Of a DNA stretch of 45,236 bases, positions 19,695 through 28,691 are shown one piece after another (position 1 is the first letter of the stretch; the number at the start of each line of letters is the position of its first letter). The DNA is from an uncultured Candidatus Saccharibacteria bacterium (lineage in GTDB: Bacteria > Patescibacteriota > Saccharimonadia > Saccharimonadales > Saccharimonadaceae). The notes under the pieces are model-generated. The model did no database searches. It worked only from the letters and a program-made list of their open reading frames with translations, and was not told the DNA's origin. The stretch covers positions 1 to 45,236 of the forward strand of contig CAUSPJ010000001.1 in the NCBI GenBank assembly GCA_963533595.1, written 5' to 3'. The position numbers were made by a program, and so were the translations under genes.

Positions 19695-20531
19695 CTACAG
19701 TTCCTCCGCAAAGTATGGTGACCGGCGCCGAAATACCGTCACGCCAACCAATAATACTATTACTATAATTAGCAATGGGATTAGCTTTAAGAGCCAGCAC
19801 TGTTGACCAACCAGCCCCCAGATCGTCTCTGTCTGAGTCGTCACTACCAAGTAACGAGCATCTTGAATGATCTGGGCGATCGGATTTAACATCAGAACTA
19901 ACTTAGCGACAGATAGCCAGCCAACATTAATCAGCTGCGTCAAGGGATAAATGATGGGTGTAGCATAAAACCATGCCTGCATGATCACATCCCAGATGTG
20001 ACCGATATCTCGAAACCTCACAAACATAGTACTAAGTAGAAAGGCGATCCCTAGAGCAAAAATGTACAGTTCGACCACGACTAAAGGAAACAGCAGAATA
20101 GTCGGGCGAAACTCCACCCCGTTGACGATCATGAAAATTAGTACTACGAAGAGACTAATCACCAGATTTATCAATGCTGAAACTGTCGATGATACCACTA
20201 CGATATACTTAGGGAACTTTAGCTTGCGTAACAAATCGCCCCTCCCGACGATGGCTTGCATCCCCTGTGAGGTTGCCTCCTGAAAGAATGCCCACAGAGT
20301 CTGCGCCAGTAAGAGCGAAACGGCGAAGTGTGGGATACCCGCTCCGAAGCGGAGGAAGCGGACAAAGACTACATACATCACCGCAAAGAGCATGAGTGGC
20401 TTTAAGACTGACCAAGCCATCCCCAGCATCGATCCTTGATAGCGAAGCTTAAAGTCAGTCTTGACTAGTTCACGCAGTAGTATCCAAGAATAGCGGTATT
20501 TACTGATTAGTTTACCTGTCGTCCGTCTCAT
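19695..20531 (-). CDS. wzm: Polysaccharide export ABC transporter permease (Wzm/TagG type)
   Basis: DFKLRYQGSMLGMAWSVLKPL, FYATPIIYP, LNPIAQII; adjacent to wzt. Confidence 0.92.
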   Translation of the reverse strand: MRRTTGKLISKYRYSWILLRELVKTDFKLRYQGSMLGMAWSVLKPLMLFAVMYVVFVRFLRFGAGIPHFAVSLLLAQTLWAFFQEATSQGMQAIVGRGDLLRKLKFPKYIVVVSSTVSALINLVISLFVVLIFMIVNGVEFRPTILLFPLVVVELYIFALGIAFLLSTMFVRFRDIGHIWDVIMQAWFYATPIIYPLTQLINVGWLSVAKLVLMLNPIAQIIQDARYLVVTTQTETIWGLVGQQCWLLKLIPLLIIVIVLLVGVTVFRRRSPYFAEEL

Positions 20532-20573
20532 TTACCGCCCTATTATAACATCTAATCGGTTAGTCAAAGCGAG

Positions 20574-21179
20574 TTACAAGATTATTTCGCCGGTTAATTT
20601 ACCATGGCGAGTCTTAGTCGATAGATTAACGGTGACTAACCACTTACCGGTCTGCTTATCACGATCTTGTTCAACATCGTTAATCAGCACATCAAAGCCG
20701 TTGCAGATGGAGGTAGTGGATGAATTAGCGATAATCTGCGTAGTATTATTATACTTCTGCTCATGTGGACCAACTAGAGCCAGTTCGCAAGTGCCATCAT
20801 TGATTACTTCATTGATAGTCACTCTTACTTGGAGCGACCCGTTAACGAGGCTGGTATTATCTATCTTACCCTTGATTGGCTTAGGAGTCTTTTTCCTCTT
20901 TTTATTTGTCTTCGGATTATTAGGGTCATTATTATTTTCAGCCGGTTTATTCGGGTCGTCTTTATCATCAGTTTCTTCTTCGTCATCTGATTCCTTCTTT
21001 GGTTTAGGCTTCTTCGCCTGCTTGGCGACGGGAGTCTTCTTTGCCTTATAATCATCACCCTTCTGAGCACTAATCACAATCACCGTGATCAAAGTAGCCA
21101 GTAAGACGACGAAGATAAATATCGTCACCCCGATGATCGCCTTGAATGATTTCTTCTTTTTATACGTTACTTCAACCAT
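20574..21179 (-). CDS. Membrane-anchored hypothetical protein, C-terminal beta-rich domain with a Cys pair (paralog of 12010-12600)
   Basis: Single TM, K/D/N-rich linker, VRVTIN...GTCELAL...SICNGFDV...GKWLVTV. Confidence 0.75.
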   Translation of the reverse strand: MVEVTYKKKKSFKAIIGVTIFIFVVLLATLITVIVISAQKGDDYKAKKTPVAKQAKKPKPKKESDDEEETDDKDDPNKPAENNNDPNNPKTNKKRKKTPKPIKGKIDNTSLVNGSLQVRVTINEVINDGTCELALVGPHEQKYNNTTQIIANSSTTSICNGFDVLINDVEQDRDKQTGKWLVTVNLSTKTRHGKLTGEIIL

Positions 21180-21254
21180 TATTATCCCTCTGTCTAGTCA
21201 TTACTCTTATCGTGATTATACTATATCGGTAGGACTATTTGCTATCATGTAGTT

Positions 21255-22325
21255 ATGATTAGGCCTGAGCTCTCGATCATTATCCCTGCTTATAATTGCG
21301 CAGATGACATTCCTAGAATGATTGATAGTATCAAGGCGCAGGACTACTCTGATTATGAGCTGATCATCGTCGATGACCACTCAACCGACGATACTGTCGA
21401 GGTAATTGATAAACTGAGTCAATCCGACAAACGTATCATCATTATTAATCAACCGACTAACGGTGGCGCTAGTGTCGCCCGTAATACCGGCATATCCCGA
21501 GCTAAGGGTAAATACCTGATGTTTCTCGACGCTGATGACACTCTGAAGAAGAGAGCTTTAACTAAGTTCATTAGTGCCATCAAGAGTAATCAAGCTCAAT
21601 TGGCAGTGAGCGGCTTTACTATCATCACCCGGAAGAACCGGCAAGAGCTATCTAGAGTGGATGTCTGCAGTGAGTTACTACCCGGTCGTCAGACCGATGA
21701 GCCTTGGAAGATATATATCCTTCGCTTGCTCGGCATCGACGGGAGGTTCTATCAAGTCTGGAATAAGATATATCTCACTTCTCTCATCAAGAAGCATCAC
21801 CTCGCTTTTCAATCGGGTGTCAACTTTGGTGAAGACCTCCTCTTTAATCTCGACTATCTTAGTCTGATTAGCCATATCTCATTCATTCCTGCTCCGCTTT
21901 ACAATTATTACCAGAGCTTAGACGGTGGTACTTTTAGTAAATCATCTCTGGTTTATCAAAATAGACTGGACAATTTTACTGCGCTGGAGAAATTCTTAGC
22001 CGATGTCCCTTCCGGTGAGCCACGAGATAGTTTACTACGCTGGATTAAATATAGCTGGATCTACTCTCATCTGCTAGCTACCTATTCAGCTGATTTACCT
22101 AAGAGCACTAAGCTGGGTATGATCCGTCAGATTCATCAAGTCGATGGTCAAGCACCGCTCAGTCACCCATCAGTCATCGGTCGTCGTAAGGTGCGACTGG
22201 AGCGCACTATCAGACATCTTATCAGACACCCCCGTCTCGCCCTATTTTCTATCAGTTTATCTAATACCGTTAAATATCATCGCCTTACCACCGGTCTATG
22301 GCATAAGCTCAAGAGAAAACTCTAG
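21255..22325 (+). CDS. Glycosyltransferase family 2
   Basis: LSIIIPAYN, VDDHSTD, ARNTG, FLDADD, GEDLLFN. Confidence 0.92.
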   Translation: MIRPELSIIIPAYNCADDIPRMIDSIKAQDYSDYELIIVDDHSTDDTVEVIDKLSQSDKRIIIINQPTNGGASVARNTGISRAKGKYLMFLDADDTLKKRALTKFISAIKSNQAQLAVSGFTIITRKNRQELSRVDVCSELLPGRQTDEPWKIYILRLLGIDGRFYQVWNKIYLTSLIKKHHLAFQSGVNFGEDLLFNLDYLSLISHISFIPAPLYNYYQSLDGGTFSKSSLVYQNRLDNFTALEKFLADVPSGEPRDSLLRWIKYSWIYSHLLATYSADLPKSTKLGMIRQIHQVDGQAPLSHPSVIGRRKVRLERTIRHLIRHPRLALFSISLSNTVKYHRLTTGLWHKLKRKL

Positions 22326-22347
22326 CTTTATGTTACGATATTAGTTA

Positions 22348-23310
22348 ATGAGTAAGCTAATCACTATCATCATCCCCGCCTACAACGAAGAGGAGACTCT
22401 GCCGGATATCATTAGCCGTCTGACTAAATTAGCTAAGAGGATTGATAATTATGACTTTGAGTTCCTCTTCGTTAACGATGGCTCACGTGACCATACTAGC
22501 GACCTACTAAGTAGCTTCGCTAAGCAAGACCCGAGGGTATCGTATATTAATTTATCTCGTAATTTTGGTAAGGAGATTGCCGTAGCCGCCGGTATAGACC
22601 ATGCTCAGGGTGACGCCGCCGTCATTATGGATGCTGATGGTCAAGAACCACCGGAAGTCATCCCTAAGATGATCAAATGGTGGGAGCAGGGCTACGACGA
22701 TGTCTACGCTAAACGCAATAGGAAGAAAGACTCAGCAGTGCGTCGCTTTACTTCTCATACTTATTATCGTACCCTACAGAAAGCCACCCGAGTACCTATC
22801 CAAATTGATACCGGTGATTTTCGCTTACTTAACCGTCGTTGCCTCGAGGCACTACGTCAATTTCGTGAATCATCCCGTCAGAATAAAGCTCTCTTTTCTT
22901 GGATTGGTTACCGTAAGAAAGAAATCACCTTTGATCACGCTAGTCGTACTGCCGGTCAGACCAAGTGGAAGTTCGGTCTTCTCTCTCCCGGTAATTCCTT
23001 GATTAATCTGGCCATTGACGGCTTTACCAGCTTCACCACTATCCCCTTGCGTCTGATCACTGTCGCCGGTATGATCATTAGCTTACTGACCTTTATTTAC
23101 ATTATCGTCATCTTGTTTCAAGCGCTGCTAGGTGTACCTCGGATTGGCGGGTTTAATACCTTACTAATCGCTGTTCTTTTCCTGGGTGGTATCCAGATGC
23201 TATCGCTAGGTATCATCGGTGAATATATCGGACGGATCTTTATCGAGACAAAGGGACGCCCGCTCTATCTGATCCAAGACCAACATCAGTCTAAACATCA
23301 TCGCTCATGA
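22348..23310 (+). CDS. Polyprenol-phosphate glycosyltransferase (GtrB/CsbB-like GT2)
   Basis: IPAYNEE, VNDGSRD, SRNFGKE, MDADGQ, GDFRLL, two C-terminal TMs, GEYIGRIF. Confidence 0.9.
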   Translation: MSKLITIIIPAYNEEETLPDIISRLTKLAKRIDNYDFEFLFVNDGSRDHTSDLLSSFAKQDPRVSYINLSRNFGKEIAVAAGIDHAQGDAAVIMDADGQEPPEVIPKMIKWWEQGYDDVYAKRNRKKDSAVRRFTSHTYYRTLQKATRVPIQIDTGDFRLLNRRCLEALRQFRESSRQNKALFSWIGYRKKEITFDHASRTAGQTKWKFGLLSPGNSLINLAIDGFTSFTTIPLRLITVAGMIISLLTFIYIIVILFQALLGVPRIGGFNTLLIAVLFLGGIQMLSLGIIGEYIGRIFIETKGRPLYLIQDQHQSKHHRS

Positions 23311-23717
23311 AAGACGCTAAGCACCGACCACTTCGCTTCATCGTAGTCGGCGTCTCTAATACCGTCCTTGACTTCACCCTGATGAATCTACTCAGCTTAG
23401 CCGGTCTTAATCTAATCATAGCTAATACTATCTCGACCGGTATCGCCATGATCTACAGTTTCTTGATGAATAAGAAGTGGACCTTTCGTAATGCCGGGCA
23501 AGACTATTTACGTCAGGTTATCCTCTTCTTTATCTTCACCGCTATCGGTATCTGGGTAATCCAGAATGGGCTGATAATTCTAGCTCAGCATTACCTACCT
23601 CGTTTTGGTTTGCCCAATCAAGCCTTTAATAACTTAGCTAAGCTGGGCGCTTCAGTCTTTAGCCTGACTTGGAACTATCTGACTTATAATCACTTCGTCT
23701 TTACTGACAAGCATTAA
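23307..23717 (+). CDS. GtrA family lipid-sugar flippase
   Basis: RFIVVGVSNTVLD, SFLMNKKWTF, WNY...FVF; 4 TM; ATGA-coupled to upstream GT. Confidence 0.88.
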   Translation: MKDAKHRPLRFIVVGVSNTVLDFTLMNLLSLAGLNLIIANTISTGIAMIYSFLMNKKWTFRNAGQDYLRQVILFFIFTAIGIWVIQNGLIILAQHYLPRFGLPNQAFNNLAKLGASVFSLTWNYLTYNHFVFTDKH

Positions 23718-24199
23718 GCGCCGGACTTACCCTCGGAAGTAGCAATCTTGCGGATTACTACATGTCTTTCGGCACCTTCACCCTCGCTCTCGGTCGATAA
23801 TTGCGTATAATCACCTAGTACCTTATGAACCACTCGTCGCTCTGCCGGATTCATTGGCTTTAGCGGCATCGGCTCACCGGTCGTCATGACCGACTTTGCC
23901 CATTTCTCAGCCTTGTCAGCCAGCTGTTCATTATGACGCTTTTTATAGTCAGCGATATCCAGATTCACTCGATATAACAATGCTTTCTGCTGGATCAAGG
24001 TGACTCTGATGAGAGTCTGGATACTACGCAAAGTGTCACCTCGATTACCAATTAATAGATTAGATAGATATGAGCTCGGTACCGACAGCTCTATGACATC
24101 TTCCTCTGCCGTAGCATAGACATCGACATTGAGACCAAAGAACGACATTAAGTCCTCAGCATATTTCTTGGCATACATGATTGATTCTTCTCTATCCAT
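23714..24199 (-). CDS. jag: Jag/KhpB RNA-binding protein (KH + R3H, no Jag_N domain)
   Basis: LLIGNRGDTLRSIQ (KH), PMNPAERRVVH (R3H), SEGEGAERHVVI; downstream of yidC. Confidence 0.88.
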   Translation of the reverse strand: MDREESIMYAKKYAEDLMSFFGLNVDVYATAEEDVIELSVPSSYLSNLLIGNRGDTLRSIQTLIRVTLIQQKALLYRVNLDIADYKKRHNEQLADKAEKWAKSVMTTGEPMPLKPMNPAERRVVHKVLGDYTQLSTESEGEGAERHVVIRKIATSEGKSGA

Positions 24200-24208
24200 A
24201 CTTTCTCC

Positions 24209-25153
24209 TTACTTCGCCTTTATCCGTCGTACCACCGTCTTACCACCGCTAGCTTTACTCTCTTTCTTACTAGTCGCTTTCTTACGGATGATTACCGCCT
24301 CTTGGGCCTGCCTGGATCGCTGAGCATTATGGCTACTAGCCATCTTCTCCAGCTCTTCTTCGCTACGACTTAAGACACGCTGCTGTTGACCGATCGCCAC
24401 CAGCGAAGTAGTGGCATAGTATAGTACTACCGCTCCGGGCAAAGCTAACATCACCATTAGGGTCATGATCGGCGTAAAGTACAGCATATTGCGATTCATA
24501 GCTGAGACCATATCTGACTGATCAACCTCCTGCCCTTTCGATGCCTGCTTGAATAAGTCTTTCAGCTTCTTGTGTTCACCGGCACTGGGCATGATTTGCT
24601 TGGTCTGGTAGAACTGAAAGACAGTAGCTAAGATGGCGATCATCAGTCCCGGCAGATAGCCAGCGACCACTTTAGTCAGGTCGACTACCCCCAGTAACAT
24701 CAAGTGATTACCGCTCATCATCTCTGACGCTTTATGGAAGCCGCTCATAAAGGGGTATAAGTAGTCAGCCGGGTTGATACCGTTAAGATGATTAAAGTTA
24801 CCGCCCGAAGCAATCCTAATTCCCCGGTAGATAGCAATCATGATCGGTATCTGAATGAGCAAGACCAGCATCGAGCTAAATGGCTTGATATTCTTCTCTC
24901 GATAAAGCTCCATCAGCATGGTGGACTCCAGCATCCGGTTGCCATTGGCTTTCTGTTTAATCTTCTTCAGCTCCGGCTGTATCTGACGCATCATCTTTGT
25001 CTGGTGAAGCTGTTTCTTGACTAGCGGCCACATCAGCAGCCTGATCAGAATAGTCACGATGATGATCGAGACACCAAAGTCACCGATGAAGTTATAGATA
25101 AACGCCAGTAGATTAAAAATGGGCTGAGTTAACAGACGGTCAAATAGATTCAT
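24209..25153 (-). CDS. yidC: Membrane protein insertase YidC (short form)
   Basis: FGVSIIIVTILIRLLMWPL, QPELKKI, LIQIPI, LPGAVVLYY; origin-region synteny. Confidence 0.92.
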   Translation of the reverse strand: MNLFDRLLTQPIFNLLAFIYNFIGDFGVSIIIVTILIRLLMWPLVKKQLHQTKMMRQIQPELKKIKQKANGNRMLESTMLMELYREKNIKPFSSMLVLLIQIPIMIAIYRGIRIASGGNFNHLNGINPADYLYPFMSGFHKASEMMSGNHLMLLGVVDLTKVVAGYLPGLMIAILATVFQFYQTKQIMPSAGEHKKLKDLFKQASKGQEVDQSDMVSAMNRNMLYFTPIMTLMVMLALPGAVVLYYATTSLVAIGQQQRVLSRSEEELEKMASSHNAQRSRQAQEAVIIRKKATSKKESKASGGKTVVRRIKAK

Positions 25154-25201
25154 ATGCTGTATTTTATCATCTAGCTACTATCTTGACTACTTTTAGAAGG
25201 A

Positions 25202-25546
25202 TTAAGAAATAACGTCAAGCTTAACGAGCAGTTTATCTAGCTGCTCACCTAGCTGGCTCGGCGATAATTGATCAATCGGCTGATAGACGATCACCACCAA
25301 GTCAACTACCTGCCGAAACTTATCTAGTCTCAACCGTAGCTGCTCGTAGATCCGACGACGAGTCCGATTGCGGTCTACGGCATGCTTGAGCACCTTCTTA
25401 CTGACCACCACTGCTATTCGAGGCGTCTGACGTCGCTGATTGCTGGCACACTTTAGCGACAGCTCCTTGCTCCGAGCCTGCTTACCTTTATTTAAGACAT
25501 ATCGGACACTAGCATGACCATGAAAACGATATTGCTGACTAATCAT
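25202..25546 (-). CDS. rnpA: Ribonuclease P protein component
   Basis: VVVSKKV..HAVDRNRTRR motif; located between rpmH and yidC. Confidence 0.92.
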   Translation of the reverse strand: MISQQYRFHGHASVRYVLNKGKQARSKELSLKCASNQRRQTPRIAVVVSKKVLKHAVDRNRTRRRIYEQLRLRLDKFRQVVDLVVIVYQPIDQLSPSQLGEQLDKLLVKLDVIS

Positions 25547-25569
25547 AAATCACCATCAGTATACCAAAT

Positions 25570-25599
25570 AACAACAAAGAGGCTCTCGAAAGTAGCCTC
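25570..25599 (-). terminator. Intrinsic terminator after rpmH
   Basis: Minus strand GAGGCT-A-CT-TTCG-AG-AGCCTC hairpin followed by TTTGTTGTT. Confidence 0.6.
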
Positions 25600-25620
25600 A
25601 TAGATTAGTCGGAGGATTGA

Positions 25621-25758
25621 CTAGATAGCTATCTTAGCTCGCTTTTTATTACGACGACGCTTCAAGACTAATCGACCGGCTCGACTGGACATCCGTGCTC
25701 GAAAGCCATGAACTTTCGCTCGACTTCGCTTGTGTGGTTGGTACGTTCTCTTCGGCAT
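25621..25758 (-). CDS. rpmH: 50S ribosomal protein L34 (absent from ORF track)
   Basis: Manual translation [45 protein letters not shown]. Confidence 0.97.
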   Translation of the reverse strand: MPKRTYQPHKRSRAKVHGFRARMSSRAGRLVLKRRRNKKRAKIAI

Positions 25759-25807
25759 ATCTATAAGATGTTACCACATCAGGCTCATATTTAGCAAATA
25801 TCGATGG

Positions 25808-25910
25808 TTTTCCACATATATTAGTGCCATATTCATACTTGTGGAAAACACAAGTTATCCACATGTTGACAAATTAGACAAAGTGTGAATCACTTTTTGC
25901 TTGTGGAAAA
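25808..25910. promoter_or_regulatory. oriC part 1: DnaA-box cluster upstream of dnaA
   Basis: TTTTCCACA 25808-25816, TGTGGAAAA 25840-25848, TTATCCACA 25855-25863, TGTGGAAAA 25902-25910. Confidence 0.85.
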
Positions 25911-25937
25911 CTAGCTATTTTGCTAGACTAAGGACTA

Positions 25938-27332
25938 ATGAAGGGGCTAAGTGAGGGGGATGATATAGTGCAGAGTGACATCTCAGCTAGCGAGATGAAA
26001 TCTCTCTGGGAGACAGTCTTAAACGACGCTGACTTGTCCGGCCGTTTCGGTACTATGTTTGACACTTTCTGGAAGCCAACCAAGTTGATCAACGTGAGCG
26101 ATAACGTTTACACGGTCGAAGTTAAAAATATCTTTGCTAAGAGCCAGTTCGAGAAGAAGTATGAGGACGACGTCCGAGAGTTGCTCAAGAAGAACGGCGC
26201 TAGCTCCCCCAGGGTGGATTTCGTAACCAGCTCGAAAAATCTCAAACGTCGTGAGGATAGCGTGGTGGTGATCGACGATCAGCCTAAGACTAGCGCCACT
26301 ACTGCCTTTGATAGCCACCTAAATAAAAAATATTCTTTTGCTAATTTCATCGTCGGTTCGTGTAACGAGCTAGCCTATGCCGCCGCCCAAGCCGCCGCTA
26401 AGAAACCAGGTGAGAAATATAACCCCATCTTTATCTATGGCGGTGCCGGTCTGGGTAAGACTCACCTGATTCAGGCCATCGGTAATGCCATCCTGGAGCA
26501 CTTTAGCAACAAGCGAGTACTTTACGTTACCACCGAGGAATTCACTAATGACTATATCTACCACATTACCAACAAGTCATCGCAGGAATTTACCGATAAA
26601 TATCGCAATCTCGACGTCCTCATCATTGATGATATCCAATTTATCAGCGGCAAAGACAAGACTCAGGAAGCCTTCTTTAACACATTTAACGCTCTCTACC
26701 AGGCTAACAGGCAGATTATCATCAGTTCTGACCGTCCACCGGCTATCATTCCTACTCTGACCGACCGGCTAAAGAGTCGCTTCCAGATGGGGATGAATAT
26801 TGACGTTAGCCTGCCAGACTATGAGACCAGAGTTGCTATCATCAAGACTAAAGCTTTGTTAAATTCAGCGATTGAGTTACCGGCCGGCACAGCCGAATAT
26901 ATCGCTCGGACAGTCAAGACGAATATCCGTGAGCTGGAGGGGGTGCTTAATCAAGTAATGGCTTACGCCGAGATGCGTAATGTCATCCCGACGGTCGATT
27001 TCGCCACCGAAGTACTGGCCAGTGACCGTCCCAGACAAAACCGTCATATTACCGCCCGCCAGATCATTGAGAAGACAGCCAAGTATTTCGAGATCAAGAC
27101 CAGCGAGATCAAATCAGCTTCCCGTAGTCAATATATCATCGTACCGCGCCAGATCGCCATGTATCTACTACGGAGCGAACTCCACATGAGCTATCCTCAG
27201 ATTACCCGAGAGCTGGGTCGTAAAGATCACACTACCGCCATGCATTCGATTAACAAGATCGAAAAGCAGCTCAAGTTTGACGCTATGATCAGAGAAAAAG
27301 TTAACGATATCAAGGATAGGCTTTATGCTTAG
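25938..27332 (+). CDS. dnaA: Chromosomal replication initiator DnaA
   Basis: YNPIFIYGGAGLGKTHL, IIDDIQF, SDRPP, NIRELEG, GRKDHTT; true start may be GTG 25968 behind GAGGGGG. Confidence 0.98.
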   Translation: MKGLSEGDDIVQSDISASEMKSLWETVLNDADLSGRFGTMFDTFWKPTKLINVSDNVYTVEVKNIFAKSQFEKKYEDDVRELLKKNGASSPRVDFVTSSKNLKRREDSVVVIDDQPKTSATTAFDSHLNKKYSFANFIVGSCNELAYAAAQAAAKKPGEKYNPIFIYGGAGLGKTHLIQAIGNAILEHFSNKRVLYVTTEEFTNDYIYHITNKSSQEFTDKYRNLDVLIIDDIQFISGKDKTQEAFFNTFNALYQANRQIIISSDRPPAIIPTLTDRLKSRFQMGMNIDVSLPDYETRVAIIKTKALLNSAIELPAGTAEYIARTVKTNIRELEGVLNQVMAYAEMRNVIPTVDFATEVLASDRPRQNRHITARQIIEKTAKYFEIKTSEIKSASRSQYIIVPRQIAMYLLRSELHMSYPQITRELGRKDHTTAMHSINKIEKQLKFDAMIREKVNDIKDRLYA

Positions 27333-27338
27333 CCGGGC

Positions 27339-27582
27339 TGTGGATATACTGCGACTAAGCTGTGTTTTTGTAGTATCACAACCTGATGATGGTTTGTCAC
27401 ATTATTCGACGCTCAGCCATATTTTAAGTCTGATGTGTAAAAACACCCCCACTTTTCCTGCTTTCTACACTATCTATCCCCCATTTTATCCACTACCGCC
27501 TAGCGGCTATCGACCAGGTATAGCGAAGCGGTTTTCCACTTTATCCACATACCTTATGATGATGAGTAAGATATATTTAATT
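27339..27582. promoter_or_regulatory. oriC part 2: DnaA boxes and putative unwinding element between dnaA and dnaN
   Basis: TGTGGATAT 27339-27347, TTATCCACT 27486-27494, tandem TTTTCCACT/TTATCCACA 27532-27549, then a 3-nt-periodic ATGATGATG and AT-rich ATATATTTAATT. Confidence 0.8.
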
Positions 27583-27593
27583 AAGGAGGGATC

Positions 27594-28691
27594 ATGAAAT
27601 TAACTGTCAAACAAGACAACCTCGCTAAGGCACTAAATGCCGTTGGTCGAGTTGCCACAGCTAAGGCTGGTATGCCAATCTTAGCCAATATCCTACTTCG
27701 AACTGATCAAAACAAGCTAACTATTGCCGCTACCAATCTCGAAGTGGCGATTATCTCCGTCATCGGAGCGCAAGTAAAAGAACAGGGGGCGATCACCGTG
27801 CCGGCTCGTCTACTAACTGATTTCATCAGTAATCTACCGCACACTAATATTACCCTAGAGACGGATGAATCGAAGCTAAAGGTCAGTACTGAAGGGTTCA
27901 AGTCGACCATTAACTCGATCTTAGCTGATGATTACCCGGCTTTACCTGAGTCGGATGAGAAAGATAAGCTGAAAGTCTCTGCCGAAGAGCTGAAGAAATC
28001 GATTAGTCGGACGGCGCTGGTGTCAAGTAACGATACCACTAGACCAATCTTGACCGGTGTCTATCTGTACTCGCAAGATGGTCAGCTTTATATGGTGGCG
28101 ACTGATGGTTATCGCCTGGCTGAGTCGCAGTTGACTGAGTCTAAGCAAGATGTCTCGGCGATTATCCCTAGTAGTACTCTAGCTGAAGTGGTGCGTTTAC
28201 TGGGTGATCTGACTGAGGTGGAGGTGAAGTACAAGGACGATCAGATTACCTTTCTACTCGACAATGTCTCGGTTACTTCACGCTTGATAGATGGTAAGTT
28301 CATCGACTACCGACAGCTTATCCCGACGGAGACGAATTACCAGATAACGGTAGAGCGAGCGGAGTTCATTAAGATAGTTAAGGTAGCCGAGCTGTTCGCT
28401 CGAGAGAGCGCCGGGTCGATCATTATCGAGGGTAATCCTACTGATAAACTCTTGAGTGTTCGTTCCATTACTTCTCAGCTTGGTGACAACACTTCGTCGA
28501 TTGAGGCAGACATCGTTGCGAAAGGAACTGAGCCGTGTATGGTCAGTCTCAACTCTAAATTTTTATTAGACGCTTTGAATTGTCTGGAGGGAGACAAAGT
28601 CCGGATCATGTTTAACGGTAAGCTAGCGCCGGTACTTCTACTGGGAGAAAAACCGGATTATCGTCATATCATAATGCCGGTTAAGTCATAG
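27594..28691 (+). CDS. dnaN: DNA polymerase III beta clamp
   Basis: ATNLE, TRPILTGV, VATDGYRLA, SRLIDGKFIDY, IMPVK; AAGGAGGG SD. Confidence 0.97.
   Translation: MKLTVKQDNLAKALNAVGRVATAKAGMPILANILLRTDQNKLTIAATNLEVAIISVIGAQVKEQGAITVPARLLTDFISNLPHTNITLETDESKLKVSTEGFKSTINSILADDYPALPESDEKDKLKVSAEELKKSISRTALVSSNDTTRPILTGVYLYSQDGQLYMVATDGYRLAESQLTESKQDVSAIIPSSTLAEVVRLLGDLTEVEVKYKDDQITFLLDNVSVTSRLIDGKFIDYRQLIPTETNYQITVERAEFIKIVKVAELFARESAGSIIIEGNPTDKLLSVRSITSQLGDNTSSIEADIVAKGTEPCMVSLNSKFLLDALNCLEGDKVRIMFNGKLAPVLLLGEKPDYRHIIMPVKS

Noticed and set aside
20632..21051. 139-aa antisense ORF and the other short nested or antisense ORFs in the track
   Set aside because: Shadows of well-supported genes, without family motifs or expression signals
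25649..25864. 71-aa minus ORF
   Set aside because: Wrong frame over rpmH and the DnaA boxes; the real gene is L34 at 25621-25758
27325..27597. 90-aa ORF between dnaA and dnaN
   Set aside because: Covers the DnaA-box/unwinding region, has no recognisable motif, and is probably a chance frame
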